The notes below the pieces were generated by a model that saw only the letters and a program-made list of their open reading frames with translations, was not told the DNA's origin and did no database searches. The position numbers were made by a program, and so were the translations under genes. Source: Gemmatimonadota bacterium (GTDB lineage: Bacteria; Gemmatimonadota; Gemmatimonadetes; JACCXV01; JAHWKZ01). From it: a stretch of DNA of 54,520 bases. The stretch is from NCBI GenBank assembly GCA_035524915.1, contig DATLFF010000087.1:1-54520 (forward strand), given 5' to 3'. Of this stretch, positions 1 through 9,207 are shown in pieces; within the stretch, counting starts at the first letter, position 1; the number at the start of each line of letters is the position of its first letter.

Positions 1-792
1 CCGGTGGTTGCCGGTGTCGGCGATCCAGAGCCGGTGGTTTCCCTGGCCCCAGGCGAGGCCGCCGGGGTGCCCGAGCCAGGCCCCTTCCCCCGGGCCCTCC
101 CGGTCGCCGGGGCCGGTCCCGACCAGCGTCTCGACCCCCCCGCCCTCGAACCCGACCCGCCGGACGCTCGAGGACCCGGCGTCGGCGAAGTAGAGCGCCT
201 GGCCGTCGGTGGCGAGCGCCATGGGCCCGGTCCGCCTCGCGCGCCCGCCGGGGCCGACCTCGGTCGACTTCCCCGCGTGAAGTACGAGCGCGCCCTGCCT
301 CAGGTCCAGCCGCCAGATCTCGTCGGAGCTGGCCATCGCCAAGAACAGGTCGTGCTCGTGGAGGAGTACGTCCCACGGCGAGTCGAGTGGGCTCGCGAGC
401 GGGTCGCCGCCGGGAATTCGACCTCTCGCGGGCTCGCCGGTCCCCGCCATGGTGGCCACCCGCCCGGCGGCGAGGTCCACCACCCGGATCGCGTGGTTCC
501 CGCGGTCGGCCACGATCACCATATCCCCCGAGAACGCGAGCCCTTGGGGCTCGCGGAAGGCGGCCTCGCCCAGGGGGCCGTCCTCGAAGCCGGGCTCACC
601 GCGGCCGACCACGGTCCTCACGTCCAGCGCATTTCCCACCATGTGGCCGACCAGAATCCGGTGGTGGCCGGTGTCGGACACGACGAGGCGCCCCTCGATG
701 TCCGCCGCCACGTTCCCGGGGAAGCGGAGCGGTGCGCCGGCCTCCGGCTCGGGGCGTTCAGCCGGCAGCGGCCTCGGCTCTCGATCCGACAT
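1..792 (-). CDS. NHL repeat-containing protein (N-terminal part; 3' end runs off the window)
   Basis: Minus-strand frame is open from the window edge up to ATG at 792, with GGAGG 5 nt upstream. My own translation shows repeated NHL-like motifs (LVVSDTGHHRILV, MVIVADRGNHAIRVVD, LYFADAGSSSVRRV, LWIADTGNHR). It is missing from the ORF track because its stop lies outside the window. Confidence 0.75.
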   Translation of the reverse strand, partial: MSDREPRPLPAERPEPEAGAPLRFPGNVAADIEGRLVVSDTGHHRILVGHMVGNALDVRTVVGRGEPGFEDGPLGEAAFREPQGLAFSGDMVIVADRGNHAIRVVDLAAGRVATMAGTGEPARGRIPGGDPLASPLDSPWDVLLHEHDLFLAMASSDEIWRLDLRQGALVLHAGKSTEVGPGGRARRTGPMALATDGQALYFADAGSSSVRRVGFEGGGVETLVGTGPGDREGPGEGAWLGHPGGLAWGQGNHRLWIADTGNHR

Positions 793-930
793 CTCTACCT
801 CCGTGACGGCGATCCCATTCAGGGGGAAAGGACCCGTCCTGATCACGAACGAACGGCCGGATGAGCCTTTCCGTCGATCCAATTGCGTGATAGGATGGAG
901 AACCCCCTTCGACCCCTTCAGGAGACGCCC

Positions 931-1383
931 ATGCGCGCCCCGATCTACGCGTTCACCCTCTTGTCCCTCCTCGTGCCGCTGACCGTCCGGGGGCAGGATC
1001 CGATCCCCCTGAAGACCGGCGTGGCCAGCCGCACGATCATCGCCCAGAGCGAGGATCCCACCCCGGCCATTCAATCGACGATCGAAACCCTGAGCACCCT
1101 CCTCGCCTCGCCGGCGCCCCGGGGTCAGTCGCGGACCGACATCGCGGCCTACAATGCCCACACCGCCTGGCTCCAGGGGGTGCGGGACCGCCTCCAGGAT
1201 CACCTCGACCGCCGCTTCGGCTCGTCCGCGGGCATGATCTCCGAGATGATGGAGCTGAATGCCGAGTTCCTCGAGCTCCAGGAGTCCGTCCAGACGGAGG
1301 CCCGGAAGTTCCAGACCCTCTCCAACGCCTCCCAGATCCGTCACGACGCGGCCATGAACGCGATCCGCAACATGAAGGCGTGA
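931..1383 (+). CDS. hypothetical secreted protein
   Basis: ORF track 883..1383. ATG 931 lies 5 nt after AGGAGA and gives a signal-peptide-like N-terminus (MRAPIYAFTLLSLLVPLTVRGQ). The rest looks helical and I recognise no family. Confidence 0.55.
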   Translation: MRAPIYAFTLLSLLVPLTVRGQDPIPLKTGVASRTIIAQSEDPTPAIQSTIETLSTLLASPAPRGQSRTDIAAYNAHTAWLQGVRDRLQDHLDRRFGSSAGMISEMMELNAEFLELQESVQTEARKFQTLSNASQIRHDAAMNAIRNMKA

Positions 1384-1387
1384 AACC

Positions 1388-1792
1388 TCAGTCCTCGGGT
1401 TCGAGCATCTCCCCGGGTCCGGCCTCGCCGCGCCGGAACCGGTCGACGTAGTCGGCCAGGCCGCCCAGCTCGTCGGCCAGGTTCCGGAACGTGTCCTCCA
1501 GCCGCGCATCCTTCCGCTCGGCCTCCATCTCCTCGCTCCCCCGCTTCATCTCCTCCAGCCGCTGGCGGGCCCCGTCGATCGTGTACTTGCGCTCGTACAG
1601 CAGCCGCTTGACCAGCTGCACCATCTCGATCTCGCGCCGCCGGTACGCCCGATTGCCGGCGCGGTTCTTGACCGGCTGCAGTCCCTTGAACTGGGTCTCC
1701 CAGTAGCGCAGCACGTGGGGCTTGAGGCCGGTGATCGCGCACACCTCTCCGATCGAGTAGTACTCCTTCTTGGCGATGGGATTGAACGCCAT
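1388..1792 (-). CDS. MerR family transcriptional regulator
   Basis: MerR-type HTH at the N-terminus (YYSIGEVCAITGLKPHVLRYWETQF...GNRAYRRREIEMV). ATG 1792 has GGAGG about 8 nt upstream. The ORF track start GTG 1798 is the alternative. Confidence 0.85.
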   Translation of the reverse strand: MAFNPIAKKEYYSIGEVCAITGLKPHVLRYWETQFKGLQPVKNRAGNRAYRRREIEMVQLVKRLLYERKYTIDGARQRLEEMKRGSEEMEAERKDARLEDTFRNLADELGGLADYVDRFRRGEAGPGEMLEPED

Positions 1793-1794
1793 GC

Positions 1795-2805
1795 TCACCT
1801 CCGTTCGAACTCGGGCTTGTACTCGCGGGTCATGAGCTCCTCCACGACGACCTGCGCGCTCTTCGAATCGTACAGCATCCCGTGGACCTGCTCGGTGATG
1901 GGCATCTCCACGCCGGCGCGGCGGGCCAGCTCGCGCGCCGAGCGGGTGGTGCGGATCCCCTCCGCCACCATGCGCAGATCGGCCAGGATCTCCTCCAGGG
2001 TCTCCCCGCGGCCCAATCGCAGCCCCACGGTGCGGTTCCGCGACAGATCGCCGGTGCAGGTCAGGACCAGGTCCCCGAGCCCGGCGAGTCCCATGAACGT
2101 GAACTGCTCGCCCCCCATGGCCATCCCCAGGCGGGAGATCTCCGCCAGGCCCCGGGTGATCAGCGCAGCGCGGGCACTGGTTCCGGAGCCCAGCCCGTCG
2201 GCGATCCCGGTCGCAATGGCGATCACGTTCTTGACCGCCCCGCCCAACTCAACGCCGATCACGTCGGTGGACGTGTACACGCGGAACCGCGGCGCGGCGA
2301 ACGCCTCGCGCACCCGCTCCGCCGTCACCTCCTCGGCCGAGGCGACCGTTACCGCGGTCGGCATCCCCCGCGCCACCTCCTCGGCGAAGGACGGGCCGGA
2401 GAGCACCGCCAGGCGCCCGGTTCCGATCCCGGGGAGCGCATCGGCCAGGACCTCGGTCATCCGCTTCAGGGTCTCGTTCTCGATCCCCTTGGACGCCGAC
2501 ACCACCACCGCCTCGGGGGCCAGATGGGAGGCCGCCGCGGCCATCGTCTCGCGCACGGCGTGGCTCGGGACGACCGAAACCACCAGGAGCGCGCCGGCGA
2601 CGGCCCCGGCGAGGTCGGAGGTCGGCTCCACCGCCTCCGGCAGCGGGATCTCCGTGAGGTACCGCGGGTTCCGCCGCGCGGTGCGCATCGCGTCGGCCAG
2701 GGCCGGGTCGCGCGCCCACAGCCGGACCGAATGACCGTTCGCCGCCAGGAGGCCGGCCAGCGCGGTCCCCCAGGAACCGGCCCCCACCACCGCCGCCAGG
2801 CTCAC
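1795..2805 (-). CDS. gpsA: NAD(P)H-dependent glycerol-3-phosphate dehydrogenase
   Basis: C-terminal 336 aa of ORF 1795..3510. Rossmann motif VVGAGSWGTALA, plus GVELGGAVKNVIAIATG and GDLVLTCTGDLSRNR. GTG 2805 overlaps the plsY stop as GTGA. Confidence 0.93.
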   Translation of the reverse strand: MSLAAVVGAGSWGTALAGLLAANGHSVRLWARDPALADAMRTARRNPRYLTEIPLPEAVEPTSDLAGAVAGALLVVSVVPSHAVRETMAAAASHLAPEAVVVSASKGIENETLKRMTEVLADALPGIGTGRLAVLSGPSFAEEVARGMPTAVTVASAEEVTAERVREAFAAPRFRVYTSTDVIGVELGGAVKNVIAIATGIADGLGSGTSARAALITRGLAEISRLGMAMGGEQFTFMGLAGLGDLVLTCTGDLSRNRTVGLRLGRGETLEEILADLRMVAEGIRTTRSARELARRAGVEMPITEQVHGMLYDSKSAQVVVEELMTREYKPEFERR

Positions 2806-3437
2806 CCGGCCCTCCCGGGCCCGCCGGGCGCGATCCGCTTCTCGTCGCCGCGCGAGAGCCGCCCGATGTTGGCGCGGTGGGTCCAGAACACGAAGATCAC
2901 GAGGAGCGCGGTCGCGATCGTCAGGACCGTATCGCTCATCCCGGAGCCGAAATCCGTCACGGCCACGGCGACGAGGAGGATCACGGCTCCCGCGAGCGAG
3001 GCGAGCGAAACGAGCCGCGTCACCGCCACGATCAGCCCCCAGGCCGCCGCCGCGCACAGGAAGGCCCACGGGGCGAGCGCCAGGTACGCGCCGGCGGCCG
3101 TGCCGATCCCCTTGCCGCCGCGGAACCCGAGAAACACGGAGTACACATGGCCGAGCACCGCCGCCACCGCCAGAAGCACCCCGTGGACGACCGGGTCGAC
3201 CACGAAGGCCGGCCACACTCGCGGCAGGAGGAAGACCGGGAAGAACCCCTTCCCCACGTCCACCACGAGAACGGCCAGCGCCGCGGCCGGGCCGAGATTT
3301 CGGAACACGTTCGTCGCGCCGTAGTTGCCGCTCCCCGCCTTCCCCAGGTCCATCCCCAGGGCCCGGCCGGCAAGCCAGGCGGTGGGGAACGACCCCGCCA
3401 GGTAGGCGACCAGGACCCCGCCGATCAGCACGCTCAC
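2802..3437 (-). CDS. plsY: glycerol-3-phosphate acyltransferase PlsY
   Basis: ORF 2802..3437. Polytopic membrane protein with PlsY motifs (GSGNYGATNVFR, FLGFRGGKGIGTAAG). Sits in the conserved der-plsY-gpsA context. Confidence 0.93.
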   Translation of the reverse strand: MSVLIGGVLVAYLAGSFPTAWLAGRALGMDLGKAGSGNYGATNVFRNLGPAAALAVLVVDVGKGFFPVFLLPRVWPAFVVDPVVHGVLLAVAAVLGHVYSVFLGFRGGKGIGTAAGAYLALAPWAFLCAAAAWGLIVAVTRLVSLASLAGAVILLVAVAVTDFGSGMSDTVLTIATALLVIFVFWTHRANIGRLSRGDEKRIAPGGPGRAG

Positions 3438-4801
3438 CGCCGCGCCTCCTCGCGCGCCCGCGCTGTCTCGCGATCACCCGCCGCACGGAAGAAGATCCGG
3501 AGCGGCACACCGCGAAAGTCGAAGGCGTCGCGGATGGCGTGCTCGAGGTAGCGCCGATAGTGCTCCGGCACGGCCTCGGGCTCGTTGGCGTAGAACAGGA
3601 ACAGGGGCGGCCCGGTTTCCACCTGGTGGCCGTAGAGGATCCGCACCACCCGTCCCGTCCGCCGGCCCTTCGATTGCGGCGGCTGCACCCGCGTGGTGGC
3701 GGCGTGGAGGACCCGCACCAGCTCGGGGGTGGGAACGCGCTTGTTCCACTCCTTCCACACCTCCTCCGCCACCTCCAACGCCCGGTGGACGCGCTGTCCG
3801 GTCTTCGCGCTCATGGTGACGATGGGCGCCCACGCCAGCGTCCTCGCCTGGGCCCGGAAGGTGGCCTCGTAGGCCGCGGCGGTCCGCTCGTCCTTCTCGA
3901 TCAGGTCCCACTTGTTGACGCACACGACGATGCCCCGGCCGCGCTCCTCCACCAGGTTCAGGATCCGCAGGTCCTGCCGCGACAGGGGCTCGGAGGCGTC
4001 CAGCACCGCGATCGCCACCTGGGCCCGCTCGACGCTCCGCACCGCGCGCAGGTAGGTGTAGTACTCGATCCCCTCCTCCATCGACGAGTGGCGGCGGATC
4101 CCGGCCGTGTCGACCAGCCGGTAGCGCCGGTCCCGCCAGGTGAGCAGGGTGTCGATGGAGTCCCGCGTGGTCCCGGCGACCGGCGAGACGATGAAGCGGT
4201 CCTCCCCGAGGAGCCGGTTGATGAGGCTCGACTTGCCCACGTTGGGCTTCCCCACCACGGCCACCGTGATCGTGTCGGGGTCGGCGGGCTCCTCCGTGGC
4301 CTCGGGTAGCGCGGCCACCACGGCATCCAGCAGGTCGCCCGAACGGGTGCCGCTCAAGGCCGACACCGGCAGCGGATCGCCGAGGCCGAGCTCGTAGAAC
4401 TCCCACGACAGCCGCTCGCCCATCTCCCGGTTGTCGGCCTTGTTGACGACCAGGAGCGTCGGCTTCTCGTGGCTGCGCAGCAGCGTGGCGACGTCGCGGT
4501 CGGTCGCGGTCGGACCCTCGCGGCCGTCCACCACCAGCAGGCAGAGGTCCGCCTCCTCGATGGCGGCGTGGATCTGGGCGTTGATCTCGGGGGCGAGCTC
4601 TTCCTGGGCCTCGGGGAGGAGCCCGCCCGTGTCCACCAGTGTGAATCGTCGCCCGGCCCATTCCGCCTCGACGGCGTGCCGGTCGCGGGTCACCCCGGGC
4701 ATGTCGTCCACGATGGCGTGCCGCGCGCCGACGATCCGGTTGAAGAGGGTCGACTTCCCGACGTTGGGACGCCCGACGATCGCGACCACCGGAAGACTCA
4801 C
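3434..4801 (-). CDS. der: ribosome biogenesis GTPase Der (EngA)
   Basis: Two tandem GTPase domains (VAIVGRPNVGKSTLFN...DTGG...NKAD and VAVVGKPNVGKSSLIN...DTAG...NKWD) plus a KH-like C-terminus. GTG 4801 overlaps the upstream stop as GTGA. The longer track ORF (to 4969) is an unsupported extension. Confidence 0.93.
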   Translation of the reverse strand: MSLPVVAIVGRPNVGKSTLFNRIVGARHAIVDDMPGVTRDRHAVEAEWAGRRFTLVDTGGLLPEAQEELAPEINAQIHAAIEEADLCLLVVDGREGPTATDRDVATLLRSHEKPTLLVVNKADNREMGERLSWEFYELGLGDPLPVSALSGTRSGDLLDAVVAALPEATEEPADPDTITVAVVGKPNVGKSSLINRLLGEDRFIVSPVAGTTRDSIDTLLTWRDRRYRLVDTAGIRRHSSMEEGIEYYTYLRAVRSVERAQVAIAVLDASEPLSRQDLRILNLVEERGRGIVVCVNKWDLIEKDERTAAAYEATFRAQARTLAWAPIVTMSAKTGQRVHRALEVAEEVWKEWNKRVPTPELVRVLHAATTRVQPPQSKGRRTGRVVRILYGHQVETGPPLFLFYANEPEAVPEHYRRYLEHAIRDAFDFRGVPLRIFFRAAGDRETARAREEARR

Positions 4802-6042
4802 GCCGTGTCCTCGGGGACCGCTCCGGCCTCGCGGTAGTAGATCGACGTTTTGTAGCGGGCCAGCGTGGTGCGCAGCAGAAGCTTGACCAGCACAGCGATC
4901 GGGATCGCCAGCAGGAGCCCCACGATGCCGAAGAACGATCCCGCGGCGATGATCGCGAGCATGACCCACACGGGGTGGAGGCCGACCCGCTCACCAATGA
5001 TCCGCGGGGATAGCACGTAGCCTTCGATCGCCTGCACGCTGAAAAACACGCCGAAGAGCTTGACGAGCGAGAGCCAGAGCGGCGGCGTGACGATCGCGAT
5101 GAAGAGCGCGGGAATCAGGCTCACGATGAGCCCCAGGTACGGCACCAGGTTGAAGACTCCCGCGATCACCCCGATGAGAACCGCGTTGGGGAATCCCACC
5201 AGGTAGAGACCGACGCCGGTGGTCACGCCCACGAAGAGCGCCACCAGAAGCTGGCCGCGGAGGTACTCGCCGAGCAGAGCGTCGTACCGGCGGGCGAAGG
5301 TGAGGAGCGCCTCCCGACGGTCCTCGGGGAGCGTCGATGTCAGCCACCGTTTCATGTTCGGAAAGTCGCGCAGGAGGTAGAACGTCAGCACCGGCGTCAG
5401 GACCAGATAGGCGAGGATCGTGAGCGCGGTCTGGACCCCCTGCCCGAGGCCCACCGCGGTCCTCCATGACGGCCTGAGCGCCGAGAGCTGGCGGGCAATC
5501 CACGCGCTCACGTCGTCGCTCGAGACGTCCATTGCCCGTTCGAACGCGATGTCCTGGATCACAGGGAGCGGACTGTTGGCGAGCGCCCGCATCTGGACCC
5601 GGTACCACGCCAGCGTCTCGTCGATCATCCGCGGCAAGTCCTCCAGGAACTGCCGGCCCTGGTGCATGACCAGCGGTACCAGCAAGACCACCGCCAGCGC
5701 GATGGCCAGCGCCACGATCAGGATCAGCAGCGCCGCCCCCCACCCCCGGCCCACGCCCCTGCGCTCCAGGCGCTCGACTCCGGGATTGGCGATGTAGGCG
5801 AAGACGAACGCCAGGACGAAAGGCGCCAGGACCGAGCCCGCCACGTAGAGGAGCCAGAGGAAGGTGAGCGCGCCGAGCGTGATCACGAGCCGCCGGTAGG
5901 TGGCCGTCCCGAAGAGCGGGGCGAGCAGGTATACCAGCGCCGCGAACAGCACCAGCGGGGTCAGGACCGGGCGCACCGACCAGGCGAAGAGGCCGAGCAG
6001 GAGCGCCCAGGCGATCAGCAGGAAGGGGCGCCGTTCGTCCAT
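4798..6042 (-). CDS. AI-2E family (PerM/UPF0118) transporter
   Basis: ORF 4798..6072. Multi-TM protein with the AI-2E-type C-terminal half (NLVPYLGLIVSLIPA, SPRIIGERVGLHPVWVMLA). ATG 6042 (MDERRPFLLIAW) is preferred over TTG 6072. Confidence 0.85.
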   Translation of the reverse strand: MDERRPFLLIAWALLLGLFAWSVRPVLTPLVLFAALVYLLAPLFGTATYRRLVITLGALTFLWLLYVAGSVLAPFVLAFVFAYIANPGVERLERRGVGRGWGAALLILIVALAIALAVVLLVPLVMHQGRQFLEDLPRMIDETLAWYRVQMRALANSPLPVIQDIAFERAMDVSSDDVSAWIARQLSALRPSWRTAVGLGQGVQTALTILAYLVLTPVLTFYLLRDFPNMKRWLTSTLPEDRREALLTFARRYDALLGEYLRGQLLVALFVGVTTGVGLYLVGFPNAVLIGVIAGVFNLVPYLGLIVSLIPALFIAIVTPPLWLSLVKLFGVFFSVQAIEGYVLSPRIIGERVGLHPVWVMLAIIAAGSFFGIVGLLLAIPIAVLVKLLLRTTLARYKTSIYYREAGAVPEDTA

Positions 6043-6165
6043 TTTAGGGGCTCCCGGGTCGACTGCCGCCAAGTCGGTGCGGCGGCGGCGGATGCGAGCG
6101 AGGAACTCAGGTCGCGCGTGAGGCGAGGATCGTAGCCCGGCCGGAGGCGGGCGTCAAGCGGGGGA

Positions 6166-6240
<75 letters not shown>

Positions 6241-6258
6241 TCGAGAATGCGAACGGAA

Positions 6259-6287
6259 AAGTTAGGGCGGGGCTCTCCCCCCGTCAA
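6259..6287 (-). promoter_or_regulatory. putative sigma70-type promoter of tRNA-Gly(CCC)
   Basis: Minus strand reads TTGACG, a 17-nt spacer, then TAACTT, ending about 19 nt upstream of the tRNA 5' end. Confidence 0.4.
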
Positions 6288-6550
6288 TCGAGCGCTCCGG
6301 AGCCCGGCGGGCCGGCGGGGACCCGTGCTTCCGGGGCGCTGCGGAGGAGCCCGTCGATCCCGGCGAGCCGACGAGGCGTCCAGGCGCGCCGCGGAGCGAG
6401 CGCACGAAAGGTCGGAGGAGGGCACGGACGTCCGGGGAGCGCAGCCCGCGCCTGCCGAGGAGGCGAGCCGGCGAGCGAGCGGAGCGAGCGAGTGGATCGA
6501 CGAGGCGACGGAGCCGCGCCCCGAAAGGACGGGTCCCCGCCGGCCCCCCT

Positions 6551-6590
6551 GAAAACGAAGGCGCGGCGGACGTTCCCGCCCGCCGCGCCT
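6551..6590 (-). terminator. intrinsic terminator downstream of the TPR gene
   Basis: Minus strand has an 11-bp stem AGGCGCGGCGG/CCGCCGCGCCT with a 10-nt loop, followed by TCGTTTTC. It lies about 30 nt after the stop at 6619. Confidence 0.6.
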
Positions 6591-6618
6591 CTCTGCAATC
6601 CTCCGGGTTCGGCCTCGA

Positions 6619-7956
6619 CTACCCCGCGATCTCGTACCGGATGCGGGGGTCCGGCGCGCTCTCGTCGAACTCTACGCGCACGGTCTCCACCTGGCCGGCC
6701 CCCAGCGGACCCGCCACCGTGACCTCCTGGGACTCGATGATCCGGCCGTCCTCCGACGACACCAGATGGATCTGGACGCGGACACCGGAAACCTCGCTCT
6801 CCAGCCGGTTCGCGAACGTGAACTCCACGTTCCAGGTACTGTCGGGATCCTGGCTCATGGACGCGTTCTGCAGCTCCAGCGGAATCTCCGCGAACTTCCT
6901 GAACGCTTCCTGCGCCCCGGCGGTCTCGCCCAGGTCGCGCAGGACGAAGGCGTAGTACTCCCACGCCTGTGCGTTCGACGGGTCGAGCTCCAGCTGGGAT
7001 TCGAGCGCCACGCGAGCGCCCGGCAGATCGTTCTGGCGGATCCGCACGAAGCCGAGGTACTCGAGCGGCTCGCTCCACAGGGTGTCCGTCAGTGTGACCG
7101 CGCGCGAGAGCAAATTCTCCGCCAGGGCGTCGTTCCTCGCCTGGGCCTGCTGGAAGCCGAGCTGGGTCAGGAACTGGGCGTTGACCTCGTCGGAGCCGGC
7201 GATCTGCTCGATGATCGGCTGGGCCTTGTCCTGCTGTCCGAGGGTCGAGTAGAGACCGGCCAACTGGATCTTCACGTCGAAGTCGTCCGGGTTATCGGCC
7301 AGGAAGGTCTCGTAGATCACCACCGCCTCGGCGGCGACTTCGGTCGCTCCGGCCACCTGGGCGGCGTCACCGCTGCCGGCCATCGCCTCGGCCTTCTCCT
7401 GGTAGGCCATCCCGAGCCGGGTCAGGGCCGACTTGTACGAGGGATCGATCTCGAGCGCCCGTCGGTACGAGGCGATCGCCGCATCGTAGTCCTGGGAGAC
7501 CTGGTGAACGGCTCCCAGCGCGAAGTGGCCCTCCTTGCCCTCGGGGTTGAGCTCCACGGCCATGTTCAACTGGTCGCGGGCCCCCTCGATGTCGCCGGTG
7601 TTGAGGAGCTGGATCCCCTCGTTGACCAGCGGGCCCCACATGGCGACCAGCGCCTGGCCGATGCCGGGTTGCAGCTCTTCGTCGTCCGTGAGCTCGTCGG
7701 CGGCACGCAGCTGCTCGATCGCCTTGCCGGCGGAGTCGGCCGGGAAGGCCTGGGCCAGCGTGATCCCGTAGAAGTAGCGGTACTCGGCGTGGCTCTCGCA
7801 CTCGCTGAGGTTCTCGCCCAGGACCGTGTTGGCCTCCTTCCACAGGTTCTTGGAAGCCCGGGCCTTGGCGCCGTTGACCCACGCCTGACAGGTCTGGCCG
7901 TACGACAAATCGGCCGTGATCGCCACCAGAGCGACGGCCAACAGAATCTTCTTCAT
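6619..7956 (-). CDS. secreted tetratricopeptide (TPR) repeat protein
   Basis: ATG 7956 is preceded by GGAGGA and gives the signal peptide MKKILLAVALVAITADLSYGQ. Body has repeated TPR-like units (YDAAIASYRRALEIDPSY, ALESQLELDPSNAQAWEYYAFVL). The track ORF start at 8145 is an unsupported extension. Confidence 0.8.
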   Translation of the reverse strand: MKKILLAVALVAITADLSYGQTCQAWVNGAKARASKNLWKEANTVLGENLSECESHAEYRYFYGITLAQAFPADSAGKAIEQLRAADELTDDEELQPGIGQALVAMWGPLVNEGIQLLNTGDIEGARDQLNMAVELNPEGKEGHFALGAVHQVSQDYDAAIASYRRALEIDPSYKSALTRLGMAYQEKAEAMAGSGDAAQVAGATEVAAEAVVIYETFLADNPDDFDVKIQLAGLYSTLGQQDKAQPIIEQIAGSDEVNAQFLTQLGFQQAQARNDALAENLLSRAVTLTDTLWSEPLEYLGFVRIRQNDLPGARVALESQLELDPSNAQAWEYYAFVLRDLGETAGAQEAFRKFAEIPLELQNASMSQDPDSTWNVEFTFANRLESEVSGVRVQIHLVSSEDGRIIESQEVTVAGPLGAGQVETVRVEFDESAPDPRIRYEIAG

Positions 7957-8000
7957 CGGATATCCTCCCGGGGTTGCGGCATTGAAACTCGTCTCACGAT

Positions 8001-9194
8001 CTAGATACCGGTGGAATCGCCCTGGTGTTCCGCTCTCCCGACCCTCTCGAGCTCGTTCTCGAGGGCCCGAACGACCTCGCGCACCGCCATTCCGCGCTCG
8101 CGGGCGAGCCGCCGGCACACCTCGTACTCCGGGCGGAGTTCCCACCGGCCGTCCGGGCGGCGGACCCGCTTCACCGCGACCGGGCCCATCGAGGTCTCCA
8201 CCTCCGCGGCCTCGCGCGCCAGGATCTCGCGCTCGACCGCCCAGTACCGGTAGCCGATCGTGGTCGACTCCCGGAAGAGCGCCCCCCCGACCGCCTCCAG
8301 CCGCCCGCGCGGCACCAGAGCCCGTACAGTGACGCCGGGCCGCCGCTTCTTCATCTGGACCGGGATCCAGGCGACGTCACGGGCCCCGGCCTCCTCGAGC
8401 GCCTCGGCGAGGGGCTCGTAGAGCGCCGGCGAAAGATCGTCCAGGTCGCACTCGAGGACCAGCAGGGGCTCGCTCCCGGCCGCGGTGCCGAGGACGGCCC
8501 GCAGGAGATTGGGCTGCTCGGGGAGGTCCCGCGTGCCCGCGCCGTAGGCAGTGGCCTCCGGCACGAAGTCCGCCGGCAGTCCGCGCCCCTCCGCCAGGGT
8601 GGTGACCAGGGCGGCCCCGGTCGGAGTGGTGAGCTCGGCCCGGGCGCGGCCCTCGGCCACCGGCCAGCCGGCCACCAGCTCGAGCACCGCCGGCACGGGC
8701 ACGGGGAGCGAGCCGTGAACCGCCTCGGTCCAGCCGCTCCCGAGCGTGAAGCGCGAGGCGTGGATCCGCTCGATCCCGAGCCGCTCCACGCACCACGCCG
8801 TCCCCACCACGTCGACGATGGCGTCCAGCGCCCCGACCTCGTGGAAGTGGACCTCCTCCGGGGTCGTCCCGTGCACCTTCGCCTCGGCCTCCGCCAGGCG
8901 CCGGAAGACCCGCGCCGCGCGCTCGGCCACGCGCCCGGGCAGCCCGGCCCCCTCCACCAGATCCAGGATCTCGCGGAGTCCGCGGTGGCCGGCCGCGTCG
9001 GGCACCTCCACCACGCACCGGGTCGCCCCGATCCCATGGCGCTCGACCCGCTCGACGTCCAGCCGGACGCCCTCGAGACCCAGCGGCTCGAGCGCCGCCC
9101 GGAGCTCCTCGATCGGCACGCCCAGGCCGAGCCAGGCGCCCAGCAGCATGTCGCCGCTGACGCCGCTGAACATGTCGAGCCAGACGATCCTCAT
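8001..9194 (-). CDS. larC: nickel-pincer cofactor biosynthesis protein LarC (DUF111 family)
   Basis: ORF 8001..9194. The N-terminus MRIVWLDMFSGVSGDMLLGA and the segment HFHEVGALDAIVDVVG are typical of the LarC/DUF111 family. It is a single full-length ORF. Confidence 0.82.
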   Translation of the reverse strand: MRIVWLDMFSGVSGDMLLGAWLGLGVPIEELRAALEPLGLEGVRLDVERVERHGIGATRCVVEVPDAAGHRGLREILDLVEGAGLPGRVAERAARVFRRLAEAEAKVHGTTPEEVHFHEVGALDAIVDVVGTAWCVERLGIERIHASRFTLGSGWTEAVHGSLPVPVPAVLELVAGWPVAEGRARAELTTPTGAALVTTLAEGRGLPADFVPEATAYGAGTRDLPEQPNLLRAVLGTAAGSEPLLVLECDLDDLSPALYEPLAEALEEAGARDVAWIPVQMKKRRPGVTVRALVPRGRLEAVGGALFRESTTIGYRYWAVEREILAREAAEVETSMGPVAVKRVRRPDGRWELRPEYEVCRRLARERGMAVREVVRALENELERVGRAEHQGDSTGI

Positions 9195-9207
9195 CCGCGA
9201 AAGGTAG

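Noticed and set aside
1795-3510. 571-aa ORF suggesting a giant GpsA fusion, with similar over-long track ORFs at 10373..11440, 12684..15065, 25765..27930, 31399..33750, 40575..43271, 41618..43912, 50685..53213 and 51461..54073.
   Set aside because: Only the C-terminal parts match known families. The N-terminal extensions are Arg/Gly/Pro-rich and read through the upstream gene in another frame. Each real start is marked by a conserved N-terminus together with an NTGA overlap or an SD motif.
6288-6550. GC-rich non-coding stretch of about 260 bp with GAGCG-type low-complexity repeats and a 101-aa ORF (6247..6552), lying between the TPR terminator and the tRNA-Gly promoter.
   Set aside because: The ORF has no SD and a non-protein-like composition. 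I could not fold or match it to any RNA family (no SRP, RNase P or tmRNA signature motifs). The repeats are short and irregular. It is left unannotated.
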